A stretch of 64,000 nt of DNA from Octopus bimaculoides (taxonomy: Eukaryota), in assembly GCF_001194135.2 (NCBI RefSeq), contig NC_068982.1, forward strand, positions 44,837,026 through 44,901,025. Reading direction: 5' to 3'. The notes under the pieces were generated by a model that worked only from the letters and a program-made list of their open reading frames with translations, was not told the DNA's origin and searched no databases. A program made the position numbers and the translations under genes. Positions 50,145 through 64,000 of this stretch are shown here, piece by piece (position 1 is the first letter of the stretch; every line of letters begins with the position of its first letter).

Positions 50145-50650
50145 AATTTCATAGACCAAAATTTACAGCCAAAAATAATTAGGTCCACTTCTACACTGAA
50201 ATTCTATGAGAAATGCAGCAGGACTTGGAAAGATAGTGACAATAATGGAATGCTTACACTACATGTTTACACTATATACTATTTTGATGTGTATACTGGA
50301 AAATGTGGTATATCTGTTTTGAGAGGTGAATGCAAGATGAGAATTTACAGAATGTATATCTACAAACATGACTATATACACAAGACTATAATGTATCTGC
50401 ACTCAAGATTATATAATTCTACCCAAGACAATATGCACAAGACAATTTACCATATTTTCTCGCATACAAACTGAATTTTTCAGACCAAAATTTACAGCCA
50501 AAAAAATTAGATTAACTTATAGAACAAAAGAACTTTGGAGAACCAAAAATTCCATGTAAAATGCAACAGGAGTTGGAAAGATAATAACAATGTTTGACTG
50601 TTTACACAATACACTATGTCAGCTTGCATTCCAGAAAATACAGCATTTGG
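50145..50650 (+). repeat. Degenerate direct duplication, period ~329 bp
   Basis: AGACCAAAATTTACAGCCAAAAA at 50153 and 50482, each followed by AAATGCA.CAGGA.TTGGAAAGATA. Confidence 0.85.
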
Positions 50651-51689
50651 TGTAATAATTCATGCATATCTCCAGAATTTTCTGAATTTTAAGTCACTCC
50701 CAACTAGCATGTCTAAGGGAGAATCCTTATACTACCTATCAATGCGGGGTACTTGACACTCTTGATGTATATGATGCCACAAATATAAACCCTTCAGATT
50801 CACCATGCATAATAAACATTTCCACAACAAACACACAATGTGCATCAATACAAATTATTGTTGTTGGAGCATCTTGGGTCCAAGAAAAGCAATTCTGGAA
50901 TTTTTTGCTGGACAAACCTGCACAGTTGATTTGGTCTAGTGATCAAATGTTTGTACTGTACAATGGGATACTGGAAAGATCCAGGCTTGAAGGGTATTGC
51001 AAAAGGCCTGGATGGAGGCCCAACCTTCAAAGTTTTACAGGGCTTAGGAAAACCAAAGGACCACTACAATAAGTGTATGAATCTGAGAGGGATAATATGT
51101 TGAATAAAATCATAATTAACTGATAGTCCAGTATTTACTGTTACTGAAAGACAGAAACTTTTCAGCACCTTGTCATACATGAGCTGACTCCCTCCACCAA
51201 ATTGACATAGCCTGTACAGGCACTTGGTGTGTTACTCATCAGATGTCAAATTGATAACATTAAATCATTATGGTAACTGGAGAAAAAAGCCATAAAATGG
51301 AGTGTTTTGCTTGAGAGTACAATGCATCATTCAGTCAGGAGATTGAAACCACAACTTATCAAGAGTGCAACATCTTTACTTGGCTACAGACCTTCCCCAG
51401 GCCTGTACATAATGTGCTTTTAATGTCTTCTTGTTGAGGGGGGAAAAAAAACACAGATGCACAACTACTAAATATAAATCAGATTAAAAATCCATTTGAA
51501 CATATTGAATTAAATATAAACAAAAGATCAATAAAGTAGTTTAAAAAAATCTACGTTGGTGAAAACTTTTAGTTACCAAATCTAAGTTTAATCTTTTTAG
51601 CAGATGCAGAGATGTAAGTAAATGTGTAGGCAACAATATAAATCATCAATGAATGAAGATGTAGAGGTAGGTGCAGGTGTGGATGTGTA

Positions 51690-52960
51690 TAGTTCAGAAG
51701 TTTTCTTGCCAGAAACATGGTTTTGAGTTCAATTCCACTGCATGGCACCTGGGGCAAGCATCTTCTAGTATAGCACTGGGCCAACTAAAGTGTTGTAAGT
51801 GGATTTGGTAGGTAGAAACTGAAAGAAACCCATCATATGTGTGTGTGTGCTTATGAGAGTGTGAGTGTGTATGCTTATGTCACCTTGCATTAAAATCGCA
51901 TGATGTTATGAATGAGTATCATTGTCAAACAATGTCATTCATTTCCAATATTCTGCAAAAACAGGTCTGGCCATAAGGAAATATTACCTTGCTTGGAAAC
52001 AGTTAAGGGTTGACAACAGAAAAGGCATCCAGTCAAAGAAAAATCTGCCTCAATAAACTCTGTCCAACCCATGCAAGCATATGAAAGTAGACACTAAAAT
52101 GATGATGTGATGATGACGATATGTCCAATTTGTTTCCTCGCTAGCATGAGTTACACAAACACGTATTGAGGCATTGTTTTACAGCCTGATGCCCTTTCTG
52201 ATACTAACTTTTACCTGTTTTTCAATTAATGGCTTTGTCATTCCAATTGATCTTCAAAAGTACAGAGCCAGCAAATGATTTATTGACAAGGAAGTGTCAA
52301 CAAACGCTGCCATTTTTTTTGCTCAATGCTTTTTATGCAAGAACAGGGAAAGTGAACATTTACATAAACATATATAAGTATGCATGCACATACACACACA
52401 CACGCACACACACAAACACACAACAGGCTTCCATGCAGTTTCCATCTACCAATTTCACATACAAAATATTGGTTGACCTGAAGGTTTAGCAGAAGACACT
52501 TGCCCAAGGCACAATGCAGTGACTAGAACTCGAGACTATGTGATAACAAATTGAACTTCATATCCTTATAGCTGTGTTTCACAATTTAACAAAATGATAG
52601 GTCTTTATTTCAAATATTTCCAATTTTATTTTTGAAAGCATAGCTGTTTTGTTAAGAAGCTCACCTCCCAACAATGTAGTGTTGGGTTCAGTTCCAATGT
52701 ACAACACTTTTTGTCCTGGGCCAACCAAAGCCTTGTGAGTAGATTTGATAGACGAAAACTGTAAGAAGCTTGTCATGTGTGTGTGTGTGTGTGTGTGTGT
52801 GTATAGCCTTGTGAAGTTGTTTATTTCTAGTTTTCTATGAAAAACATGTCTGGGAAACAGGTGAGGTTGGCAACAGGAAGGGCATCCAGTTGTAGAAAAG
52901 TCGCCTCCACGAATTCAATCTGACCCATGCAAGTATGAAAAAGTGGACATTAAAATGACA
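51690..52960. mobile_element. Cluster of degenerate family A heads with family D tails
   Basis: GGCAAG...CAAAG..TTGT.AGT.GATTTG.TAG and GGAAGGGCATCCAG...CCCATGCAAG.ATG.AAAG..GACA.TAAAATGA motifs. Confidence 0.7.
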
Positions 52961-53054
52961 ATAAATTCATATTCTACAGAGTGGGCCAAAAGTCATGCAC
53001 CAAAACATTTGGCATTCTACATATATTACATTATCATCATAATTAATAAGATAT

Positions 53055-53265
53055 CAAGCTGGCAGACTCATTAGCACACCAGGCAAAATGCTTCGCAACA
53101 TTTTGTATGTCTTTACATTCTGAGTTCAAATTCCACTAAGGTTGACATTGCCTTCCATCCTTTCAGGGTCAATAAATTAAGTACCAGTTGAGTACTGAGG
53201 TTGATGTAATCAATTATCCCCCTCCCCCAAATTTCAGGCCTTGTGCCTAAAATAGAAAGGATTAT
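53055..53265 (+). mobile_element. Family B SINE
   Basis: AGCTGGCAGA...CTGAGTTCAAATTCC...CCTTCCATCCTTTCAGGGTCAATAAATTAAGTACCAG, (ATT)n tail. Confidence 0.88.
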
Positions 53266-54419
53266 CATTATTATTATTCATTTTGTCCATCATGTATAAG
53301 TACATGTGTATTCATCCTTATTTTATTTATTTTATTCAATTGAAGCATGTCTGACAATTCCAGAGCATATAGAACTTTGTGTGTGACTTTTGGCCCAACC
53401 TGTATAAATAGATATTGTGTATGTGAAAATATAAGCTAGAGAAAATGTGAACTATATTCATTTTGTCATTTAGAATAAATGTGGATGATAGTAGATCAAT
53501 CCTTTGTAGCCAAGTTTTTACTTATAATGCATTCTCCATATCACATTTCAATCTTAAATCTAATACCTCTACTCTACTAATAATATCTAGAAACCATATG
53601 TTGATATTAAGGTTGTGTGTAAAAATTATAACAGTAACATCTATCACTTAAAAGCTTAACCTTGAGTTGTCTTAACTAGAAACCTTTCATAGCATTTCAT
53701 TCAGTCGAAATAAATCTACTGAAGGAATGAGATTTTAAACTGACAACACAACAGAACATACTTAATAAATGATATTATTTTTGTTGGGGGAGAAAAAACA
53801 AATATTTTTTTATTCTCCAAAACTGGAAAAGGTCAATAAAGATTACAGAGAAGCTATTTGTCATTTTATTAACAGATACATATTTTTTCTGTTGACATAT
53901 TTTCAAATATCTAGTTTTTGTCAATGTCAGAAGCTGACAGAATTCTAATGTTTATCAATTTTTTTTTACACAAATGAAAGGTTCAATACCTATTCATGCA
54001 GATAAAATGGTTTTTGGAAGAGAAAAAAAAAACGAACAAATAAGGACATTATACCCTTTATGTAACTTGCTTTAAGACCACAAATCCCCAAACGATAATA
54101 CAAATATACCTGCATACATATTTATATATGTACATACATGCATGCATACATACTTGATGGTTGTCAATTCGTCAGACAGACATGACGATCACTGACAAGT
54201 TATCTCATTTCTGGATTTCTTTCTTTTTTTTTTTCCATTGACCATGGGATTTACATTGGTTTTAAAGCCAGCAAATGACTCACATTTTTTATTGCAGATG
54301 CAGCATACATTTGCATGTGTTGCAATCAAGTGCTCCTTCTGTACAGCAAATCAATTGTGTATATTCACAAGCCGTGTGAGTTCTGATTAGTTTGAAAATA
54401 CCCCTACCACATATATTCT

Positions 54420-54630
54420 TTTCTACTCAAGGCACAAGGCCCAACATTTTGTGGGAGGGGGCCAGTCGATCAGATTGACTTCAGGACGCAACTGGTACAT
54501 AATTTATCGACCCCGAAAGGATGAAAGGCAAAGTTGACCTTGGTGGAATTTGAACTCAGAACATAGACAGACAAAATACCTCTAAGCATTTCACCCGGCA
54601 TGCTAATGTTTCTGCCAGCTCGCCACTTCC
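54420..54630 (-). mobile_element. Family B SINE, near intact
   Basis: Reverse complement closely matches 35410-35580. Confidence 0.9.
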
Positions 54631-54699
54631 TGTATAATGGATTAGCAGCTAGAAATTGGTTAGATTCAAACTGAGGACTTTCAGCCCTGTTTGTGTAGA

Positions 54700-54955
54700 T
54701 AAAAAGGATAAAGATCCCTCCTGAGTCTTATAGACTCAGAGGGCCAGTTTCCTGGTTTCCATGATGCATATATTCCCCCTTGGACAAAATGCCAGTCGAT
54801 CACTAGATTATTCATTTTTTCCAGCTGAGGTGGGGCTGAAGTAACATGAAATGAAGTGCTTTGTTCAAGAGCACATGTCACCCAGTTCAGGAATTGGAAT
54901 CACAATTTTAGAATCATGAGTCTAACACCCTAACCACTAAGCCATGCACCTCCAC
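54700..54955 (-). mobile_element. Family C (CORE-like) SINE
   Basis: Minus strand: GGAGGTGCATGGCTTAGTGGTTAGGG...GTGCTCTTGAACAAAGCACTTCATTTCATG. Confidence 0.75.
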
Positions 54956-55404
54956 CATGTTTGTGTTGCTGGCTTGTGTAGACCATTCTAATGAAAATTC
55001 TTGAAACTTCGTGATGCTATGTATGCATGTACATATGTATGAATGTATGTAAATGACTTTTTAGCCTTGCTGGTGGCATGACAACTTCTTTAGTGCTAGT
55101 CCCATGAAAAAATGTACCTAGTACACTCTGTAGGCATTGGCAAACCAAGCAGAGACACTTTAGCATTGCTGAGAGCAAGACAACCACTCTAGTGCTAGTA
55201 TTATAAAAAAATGCACCCTGTACATTCTGTAAAGTGATTGGTGTTAGAAAGGGCACTAAGTCATAATAACCATAAGTATTGGGGCTGATTCATTAGACTA
55301 AAATGCTACAAGGTGCTGCCCCAGCATGGCCACAGTCTAATGACCAAAACAGGTAAAAGTTAAAAGATAAAAGAAGTATTATGTGTGTATGTATATGTAT
55401 GTAC

Positions 55405-55452
<48 letters not shown>

Positions 55453-56494
55453 GCTATGTATATGTGTGTATCTTTGAGTCTATCTTTGTCTATCACCCCC
55501 ACATCACTTGGCAATAGGCGCTGGTTTGTTTTATGTCTCTGTTAACTTGGTGGTTCAGCAAAATAGACTGATAAAATAAATACCAGATTTAAATAGAACT
55601 TAAGTACTGGGTTTGTTTTGATTGACAAAAACTCTTCAAGGCAGTACCCCAGCATGGCAGCAGTCCAATGACTGAAACATGTATAAGATAAAAATTACCA
55701 GCAACATTGATAGCATAAAACTAAAAGCTGAAACTGAGCTCTACACTGTTTTCTAAGAACTTAATTACTATTTTTTGGCTCTTATCTACAATAACAATAA
55801 AAAGTAATTCCAGAGAAAATGTTACTAAATAAGTGTGCACAGTAGATATAAAAATTACATAGTTAACACTAAGACACCATCTCTTATATTTACAACTCTT
55901 GTTAAAACTACACAGTATTTACTGGTATGACTAGATTTCCCAAAATTATCTCTAAAAATAACCAAATTACAATACTCTTGGATATTCCTATGCAATATAA
56001 TTGGAAAAATCATATGCAAACTGTTTAGAGAGCTCATTAATGGCTTAAATAAGAAATGATTTTTTTTTTTTTTTTTATCGGCGTATCAGTCTCTTTAGAA
56101 TAGAAGAATTTATTGCAAAAGTAATTCAGAAATTTTGGTTTAAAGCCCCCTAGAGACAGCTCTGACTTGTGGCACAATGGATAACATGTCTGACTCCAGA
56201 TCAGAAATTCCAAGTTTGAATCCTGGTAAGATTGAATGAATTTTATTTCAGAACCATCTAGGGAAGTAGCACTAATAAATATTTTTCAGCACAGATATGG
56301 GTGTGAGGTAAGAAGCTTGCTTCCCAACCACATAGTTCCAGGTTCACTTTGGGCATGTGCCTTCTGATAGAGCCCTGGGCCAACCAAATCCTTGTAAGTG
56401 AATTTGGTAGATGAAACTGAAAGAAGATCATCACATATATACACACATGTGTGTNNNNNNNNNNGTGCGTGCGTGCGTGCGTGTGTGTGTGTGC

Positions 56495-56533
<39 letters not shown>

Positions 56534-57609
56534 TGTGTGTGTAGTATATGTGCATATGTATCTTTGTCTGTATTTGTCCACCACTGGTGCTGGTTTGTTT
56601 ACATCCCTATAACTTAGTGGTTCAGCAAAAGATATTGATAGAATAAGTGCCAGACTTTAAAAAAATAAGTACTGTGGGTGATTCCTTTGGATAAAACCCT
56701 TCAAGGAGATGCCCCAGCATGGCCACACTCCAAAGACTAAAAGAAGTAAAAGATAAAATATATACTTTGGATGTAGATTCTATAAAAGCAATATTAGGGG
56801 CAGACAAACTAGAACATACATATATACATTTTGTAATAATATTATTTATTGTAGTTATGTTTATAACACTTGTAACTATAGTGATGGTTTTTTTTTTTTC
56901 CTGGTGGTATTATTTGTCAAATCAATATTTATGATAACAAATGATAGTATTTGTTTATATAATATTGATGGTATTTATTTATACCATAACTAATGGTATC
57001 GATAGTGTTAGCTACGATATCTGTTTTAGCAATGTGTTGCAATAGTCCAAATAAATTTTTTTTTATGATGTTTTTGGGTTGGTAATGGGATTTTGACAGT
57101 TATTTAATAAGCAATGGTATTTGTATGCATAATATTGTTTGATATAAATATTACTAATAGTTGTCTTTGTGTTCTTCCTCTGCAGTAGTAACAAGACTGT
57201 AATAATAATAATATTAGTTGAATAAATAAATTTTATTCTGTATTTGTAAAAGTAACAACATGAAAGACATGAGATGAAAATCGTGGACAAATATTGCTTC
57301 ATATTTATTTAGCTCATATCACTACATATCCTACCTTTTTACACTATTCCCAGAATGATATATAGTGGTCAAGAATTAGGCATAGAACAAAACTATTCCC
57401 ATATATCTGTTGAATCATAGTCTCCTTTTATTTACCTACTTACCTTGCTATCATGTTAAGAGACATCTGTTTTCTATGCTGGCATGGGTTGGATGGCTTG
57501 ACAGGGACTGGCAAGGCCAAGGGCTACACTAGGTTCCATGGTCTGTTTTGGCTTGGTTTCTACAACTTTATAGAACATACACACATTTGGCAAACCACTG
57601 TTGTAATTA

Positions 57610-57738
57610 CATAACAGTTGTTGAAACATTATATAATCTTCCAAAACTCTTCTTAAGTGTTCAGCAATAAATGGTATTTATTACTGAACACTGAAGAAGT
57701 GATTTACCTAATTATGTAATATTTCAACAGCTGTTATG
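57610..57738. repeat. Foldback inverted repeat: 28-bp outer stem, 11x11 internal loop, 24-bp inner stem, 3-nt loop
   Basis: Outer arms 57610-57637/57711-57738 (25/28), inner arms 57649-57672/57676-57699 (22/24). Confidence 0.9.
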
Positions 57739-57934
57739 CTTTCATGGTAGTAATATTCTGAAGTGGGTGTATGTTCTATAAAGCATTGAACACCTTACTT
57801 GATTTCTGTGTTTTATTAATTATGCATGCATGCATGCATACATACATACATGCATCTTGCAGTATCTATCTACCAAATCCGCTCACAAGGATTTGGTCAG
57901 CCTACAGCCATAGTAGGAGATACACATACCCATA

Positions 57935-58015
<81 letters not shown>

Positions 58016-58793
58016 TTGTCATTTCCACTTGTTTGCAAAGAAACTGCTGAACTAAAAGCTGTGTAGTCATGTTTACATTCTCAGTGAACATTATATCCAG
58101 CAGGTCTGAGGCTTCAAAGAAGATTAATAAAAAATATCCTATACATGAAAAGCAAGAGTTAGCAGCAGAAAGGGCATCCAGCTATAAAACACCATCTCAA
58201 ATAAGTATCCTTCCAATTGTCTCAGCATAGAAAGATGGACATAAAATGAATGAATGGATATATATGTATGTATAAACATGTGTGTGTTTGTATGTATGTA
58301 TGTATGTGTGTATGTATGCATGTATGCATGTATGTTTGTAGGTATTTTACATCAATATGTATGTATATATATGTGTATATATGTGTTTGAGTACATGTGA
58401 CAGGAATTATGTATATATGTACAAATATGTATGTACTCATACACAACTATAGAAGACAAAATATTACTTTTGTCTGAAGTTACTGGAAAGTTAATAATGA
58501 CAGTGAGCTTTCCATGGAAATAAGCATCAACAACTGGGGAAATCACAAGACAATTATGTGTTTCATATGTTTTGATATTACCTTTGAGATTTCTGAGAAA
58601 TTTTTTCTTTTATCTCATCACTTATGTGCATCCTTAACTAAAATTGCGATAGAAATGTTCGAATGTTGTTTGTTAGTTCTGTTGTCTGATTCAGGTTAAG
58701 CCATTGGCTAACACATTGAGATCACAAATAAAGAATATTTATCGGAAAAACATCAATGTTGCACTAAACATCCCTTTTGTAATTCAAATATTA

Positions 58794-58881
58794 CTCCATC
58801 CATTATCTTTAACATAACTCAGAACAAATCGACAAGTATCCTCCATTCATTATCTTTAACATAACTCAGAACAAATCAACA
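58794..58881 (+). repeat. 47-bp tandem duplication
   Basis: CTCCAT.CATTATCTTTAACATAACTCAGAACAAATC.ACA twice. Confidence 0.95.
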
Positions 58882-59122
58882 TGTTTCATGAGAGAAGCAG
58901 TGAATAACATGGCAATGTGCTGGACAAAAGTTGTTCTGTGTGAATAAAAGATTTTTTAACGTAGTTGTGTGTGTGTGTGTGTGTTTGTGCATCATCATCA
59001 TCCTACTTTCACTTTCCATACTGGTATGACTTGGCTGGTTCAACAGTATACAACAGGTTCCAGTGCTTCACTTTTGTTATAGTTTCTATAGTTGGATGCC
59101 CTTCCTAATGCTACATAAACAT

Positions 59123-59179
<57 letters not shown>

Positions 59180-59180
<1 letters not shown>

Positions 59181-59590
59181 AAAATTGATTAAGGAGACAA
59201 ACTATTATTTAGTTCATACACTTATTCAATTTACCTATTTTCTACTAAATACAACTTACAGTTCTGGATATAAATCCTGGACGCTTAAGCAACATTTAGC
59301 TATCTTGAAATTATTCCCTTGGATTTTCCTTTAAATTATATATATATATATATAGTAAATTCCCAAAAAAACAAAGAACAAACACAAAAAAACAACATGA
59401 GGATGTGGTACAGGTAAGGTATTAACGGATGCTCAGGGAAGGAGAGAAAGGTGATTTTACGTTTTGAGCAAAGCAGGAGACAGAGGAAAGTTCAATAGAA
59501 ACAGGAGACAGAGGAAAGTCCAACAGAAAAGGAAGATGGAGGGGAAAAAATCACTAACGATTCACATGTGGTTACATTATGAAATATACA
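59180..59590. mobile_element. Probable Penelope-like element terminal remnants between (TA)n tracts, with a 27-bp internal duplication
   Basis: (TA)n-flanked unique blocks; minus strand GCTTTGCTC-AAAACGTA resembles a decayed hammerhead 3' half; CAGGAGACAGAGGAAAGT duplicated. Family assignment is recognition-level only. Confidence 0.4.
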
Positions 59591-60016
59591 TAAAGAGAGA
59601 GCAAGAAAGAGAATGATTAAATGATTGTGTATATGTGTGCGTATATGTGTGTGTGTGTGTATGTGTGTGTGTGTGTCTATATGTATATAGAGTGTATATG
59701 TGTGTGTATGTATGTATATATATGTATATATGTATGTATGTTTATGTCATGTCAGCCATTTAATAAAGCACTAAAACCATTGAATCCACTTATAATTTAT
59801 CTCATGAGATGTCAAAATTTTTTTTGCGCTACTGCAACTTGTCCAGTGCAGTAAGTTAGTGCACTGAAACTATTGACATCTCATAAAATAAATTAGAACT
59901 GAATTTAATGACGTTTGTGCATTATTAAATGGCCAAAATGACTCTTTCATGCAATATTCAGTTTCAACACATGACCTCATATGAAGTCGCATGTACAACT
60001 CAGATGTATTATATAT

Positions 60017-60062
<46 letters not shown>

Positions 60063-60099
60063 CTTTTATATCCACTTTTTTTATGCTTGCATGTGTTGG

Positions 60100-60800
60100 G
60101 TGAGTCTTCTCCAGGTCAGTGTCTTGCTACTTGTCCCCTGTCCCATGTCTCCTCTCCTCAGTCACCCTGTTCTAAAGGTTCCTTCCTTCTGAATTGCTAC
60201 AAAATCCATAAAGTCTACTCTCTTTCCAAGTGGGAAGGTAATCTATTTGATGCCAGAACTAATAGAAGTTCCTTAAACATCTTCCATCCTATTCTTATTC
60301 ACTCATTTCTACGTTTTCGAAATATTTATCTCCACTGTCCCCTTGGTAACAGAAGTTAACCACTACTTCAATGGAACCTTCTGAACATGGAAACTTCCTT
60401 CTCTGCCAGCTTGCCTGTAATCTTACTTCATTGCTTGTGCACCCATAGTATGCATTGGTAACATCATATGGAATTCCAGCCCAATCTTTTCATGCATTTC
60501 AAGTGTGGCCACTCCCCAAACACCAGAAGGGTCCTCTTCTTCATTTCTGCTTACTAATTATTTTTTTTTTGTTCTTGTTCAAGCTTATCTGAAGGACTGT
60601 TGATTTGAAGCTTTGCTTCCCTGTTTGGAATCTTTGACAGATTCATTTGTGGGAACTTGATGATTGGCATACAAAAGAGTACCCTGGAAGAGTCTGTCTC
60701 AAACTTCTTTGTAAAAGCCTAAACAACCTTGCTGGCTACATCTCTGTAAATAACTTACACAGTTCTACTAAGTCATTCATATTGTTTTCGTAGTGTTTAC
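60100..60800 (-). mobile_element. Highly decayed RTE-type LINE fragment
   Basis: Minus-strand remnants LLYANH (YADD position) and EGSIEVVVNFCYQGD (V..F.YLG motif), in the expected order. Confidence 0.6.
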
Positions 60801-61102
60801 CAGGCTATAGAGAGTACTCAAATACTCCTCTACTCCTCTAACAGGAAGGGTATCTGTGCATAGAAAGTCTGTCTCAATAGTTTCCTTCCAAACTATGAAG
60901 ACATGGAAAAGTGGGTGTTAAAATTATGATGATGATAAGGAACAGCTGTAAAAGCCATGCCAAAACAGACAGTGGAGTTTGGTGCAGTCCTCTGGCTTGC
61001 CACCTCCTGTCAAGCCATCCAAGCCATGCCAGCATGGAAAACGGACATTAAATTATGATGGTGATGATGATGATGATGATATATCTTTATCTATGTAAGA
61101 TT

Positions 61103-61144
<42 letters not shown>

Positions 61145-61329
61145 CAGAAAGACACACAAATGCACTAACACATGTGTGTATGTACTTGCTCAAAAAATAT
61201 GTTCCTGTCAATATTTGCTCTTATTTTTTTTTTTATTTTACTGGTTTTAGCTATCAATTGTGGCCATGCAGGAGCATCATCATGTTACTTATATGTTTAT
61301 TTGTATATTATATGTATAGTTATTGCCTG

Positions 61330-61742
61330 ACTGGCTTCCGTACCGGTGGCACATAAAATGCACCATCCCAACGGGGTTGATGCCAGTGTCCCCTAACTGT
61401 TTCCCATGCCAGTGGCACGTAAAATACAGCATCTGAACATGGTCGATGGCAGTATCCCCTGACTGGCTCCCATTCCAGTGGCACGTAAAAATGCACCATC
61501 TGAATGTGGCTGATGCCAGTGCCTCCTGACTAGCTCCTGTGCTGGTGGCACGTAAAAAGCACCCACTACACTGTCAGAGTGGTTGGCATTAGGAAGGGCA
61601 TCCAGCTGTAGAAACATTTTGCAAGAAATTATTTCAAGAATACGAAAAAATTATTCAAGTTAATCAAGTTCTTAAAATAAACGTCACACAGTGCAACCCA
61701 TGCCAGCATGGAAAGCGGACGTTAAACAATGATGATAATGAT

Positions 61743-61745
<3 letters not shown>
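61330..61745 (+). mobile_element. Family D repeat with four internal ~66-bp tandem units and (GAT)n tail
   Basis: GTGGCAC.TAAAA at 61346, 61412, 61478, 61545; then GGCATTAGGAAGGGCATCCAGCTGTAGAAAC...AACCCATGCCAGCATGGAAAGCGGACGTTAAA. Confidence 0.85.
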
Positions 61746-61804
<59 letters not shown>

Positions 61805-63199
61805 ATTTGTTATACATCAGTATAGCAGCAATGATGTCAATGCATAATGAATGCATCTAATGGATATCATAGCCCAATAGTAAGTTTATGATGATTCCTT
61901 CATCTGGTTTCAAAATCCAATGGTAATTCTTTTGCTTTTATCATTAATGCTCTCGTTAAAAATATGAATATTACGCCATTCAACTGTAAATTTATGACTT
62001 CATGCATAACTAGAAAAATAGTGTGTATGTATCTCATTATGCTTGAGCTTATTCCATTTTATTTTGACATTAAGTGGTTGAGATCTCTCTACACACACAT
62101 ACACACAAGCACATGTGTATGTGAGCATGTATGCATGCACACACACGTTTAGATGTGCATACATGCACACACACCTTCAATTTGAGTGCAGCACTGCAAG
62201 GATTACTTTCTCTCCATCTATCCATCTATCCATCTATCTCCTGACTACATGTTATATATCCTTGTGTACCTGTCTATCTATCTATCTGTCTCTATATAAT
62301 GTTGAGTATGGAGCAGTTGCTCTTGCATTGTTATTTATGGCTGAGTATACATATGTATATATACAAAAACACATGCACATATTATATATATATATATATA
62401 AATAGATATTATGTGTGAGTGTAAATATATGTATGTATATACAAATGCACACACACATGCACACACACACACACATGCGCACACACACACACACACACAC
62501 ACAACACATGCTCAGTGTCTTTGTCAAAGTTACAAATCATTGACTTTCTAACACTTGGCTAACCAACAAACCATTCCTTTTGACCATATGTAATTCACGT
62601 CGTTTGAATTATAATATGATTAACATTAAGAAGACATGATTAGAGAATATGGAATTATAAAGAGGAAGAATTATGTAAAAAGCACAACGTATACATGTAG
62701 GTGTTCTAGAGAGCGAGACAATGTATGGGTAATTTGGCAGGAAGAGAGAAGTGTGTATGACAAATACGTTTGTGTTTAAATCACACAAACCAAACTTGTT
62801 TGTGTTATGTTGACACATTATCTGTGTCCACATTTGCATATGTATATATTTATATGATGTATGGTTAATGAGAAGAGATATATGCATGCAATTTTATGAG
62901 TGCTTGCTCGGGTTATCTTCTTATTATGTGTGCTTATTTGTGTGCATGAATTAATGTACACTTCTAGCTGTTCCTTTATCTGTGATTGTAGTATGTATAT
63001 ATATGTATGTATGTATGAATGTGTGTGTGTGGGTAGGTAGGTATGCATGTATGTGTGCACGACTGAATGAATGCATGGAGAATTGTACATATATAACGTA
63101 TGTGTGTGTATGTGTGTGAGTGATTTTGTGAAAGTGTCCGTATGTATGTAAGCATGAATGAATGAATGAATGAATGCATGGAAATGTATACATGTATAT

Positions 63200-63560
<361 letters not shown>

Positions 63561-63945
63561 TTTATGTGTTTTAGTGTTCATGTATGTGTATATTTTTGTG
63601 AGGAGTTTGGTTTTTCTGCTTGCAGAGGGGGAGTGATTTCAATATATTCTACAAAGTAAAGTGAGAGAATTGTGAGGAAGAGGCATGGAGGGGTCGGGCA
63701 GCTGCTATTGGGAATAAGTCTGGGAATTAATGTTTTTGCAGAACAATCAATAAAATGATTTCACAACCATTTTTGAACAGCTGAAAGTTTAACATTGTTC
63801 AGCAACATTAACAACAACACTGGAGAAGATGGTGATCTGTATTTAGAGACCTGTGAACGAATTAATTAAAATCGCTCTTCAAAGAAGACGAAGACACAAA
63901 CAAAATATAAATAAAGAAACAAATGTATATATGTATATATATATA

Positions 63946-64000
<55 letters not shown>

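Noticed and set aside
50079-50474. 131-aa plus-strand ORF
   Set aside because: TTG start, AT-rich low-information peptide, and it overlaps a degenerate duplication whose second copy is not open.

Overview
AT-rich eukaryotic non-coding DNA from a gapped draft assembly (nine N-runs, nearly all beside simple repeats). From the repeat families I infer an octopus (coleoid cephalopod) genome; this is recognition, not a database result. No host protein-coding gene can be supported, and almost every listed ORF is a microsatellite or N-run artefact. The window reads like a large intron or intergenic tract. It is packed with several tRNA-derived SINE families and microsatellites, plus decayed transposon fragments: two RTE-type LINE RT fragments, the 3' end of an R4/Dong-type retrotransposon sitting in a (TAA)n tract, an internally deleted piggyBac, three TTAA-flanked MITEs, two mariner remnants and a DD37D (maT-like) element. 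The most interesting signals are four long foldback hairpins, one enclosing a recognisable minimal hammerhead-ribozyme core of the Penelope type. Also notable are a CCAAT/TCF/AP-1 motif cluster and one candidate 78-nt exon. I cannot support a wholly new biological system from sequence alone.
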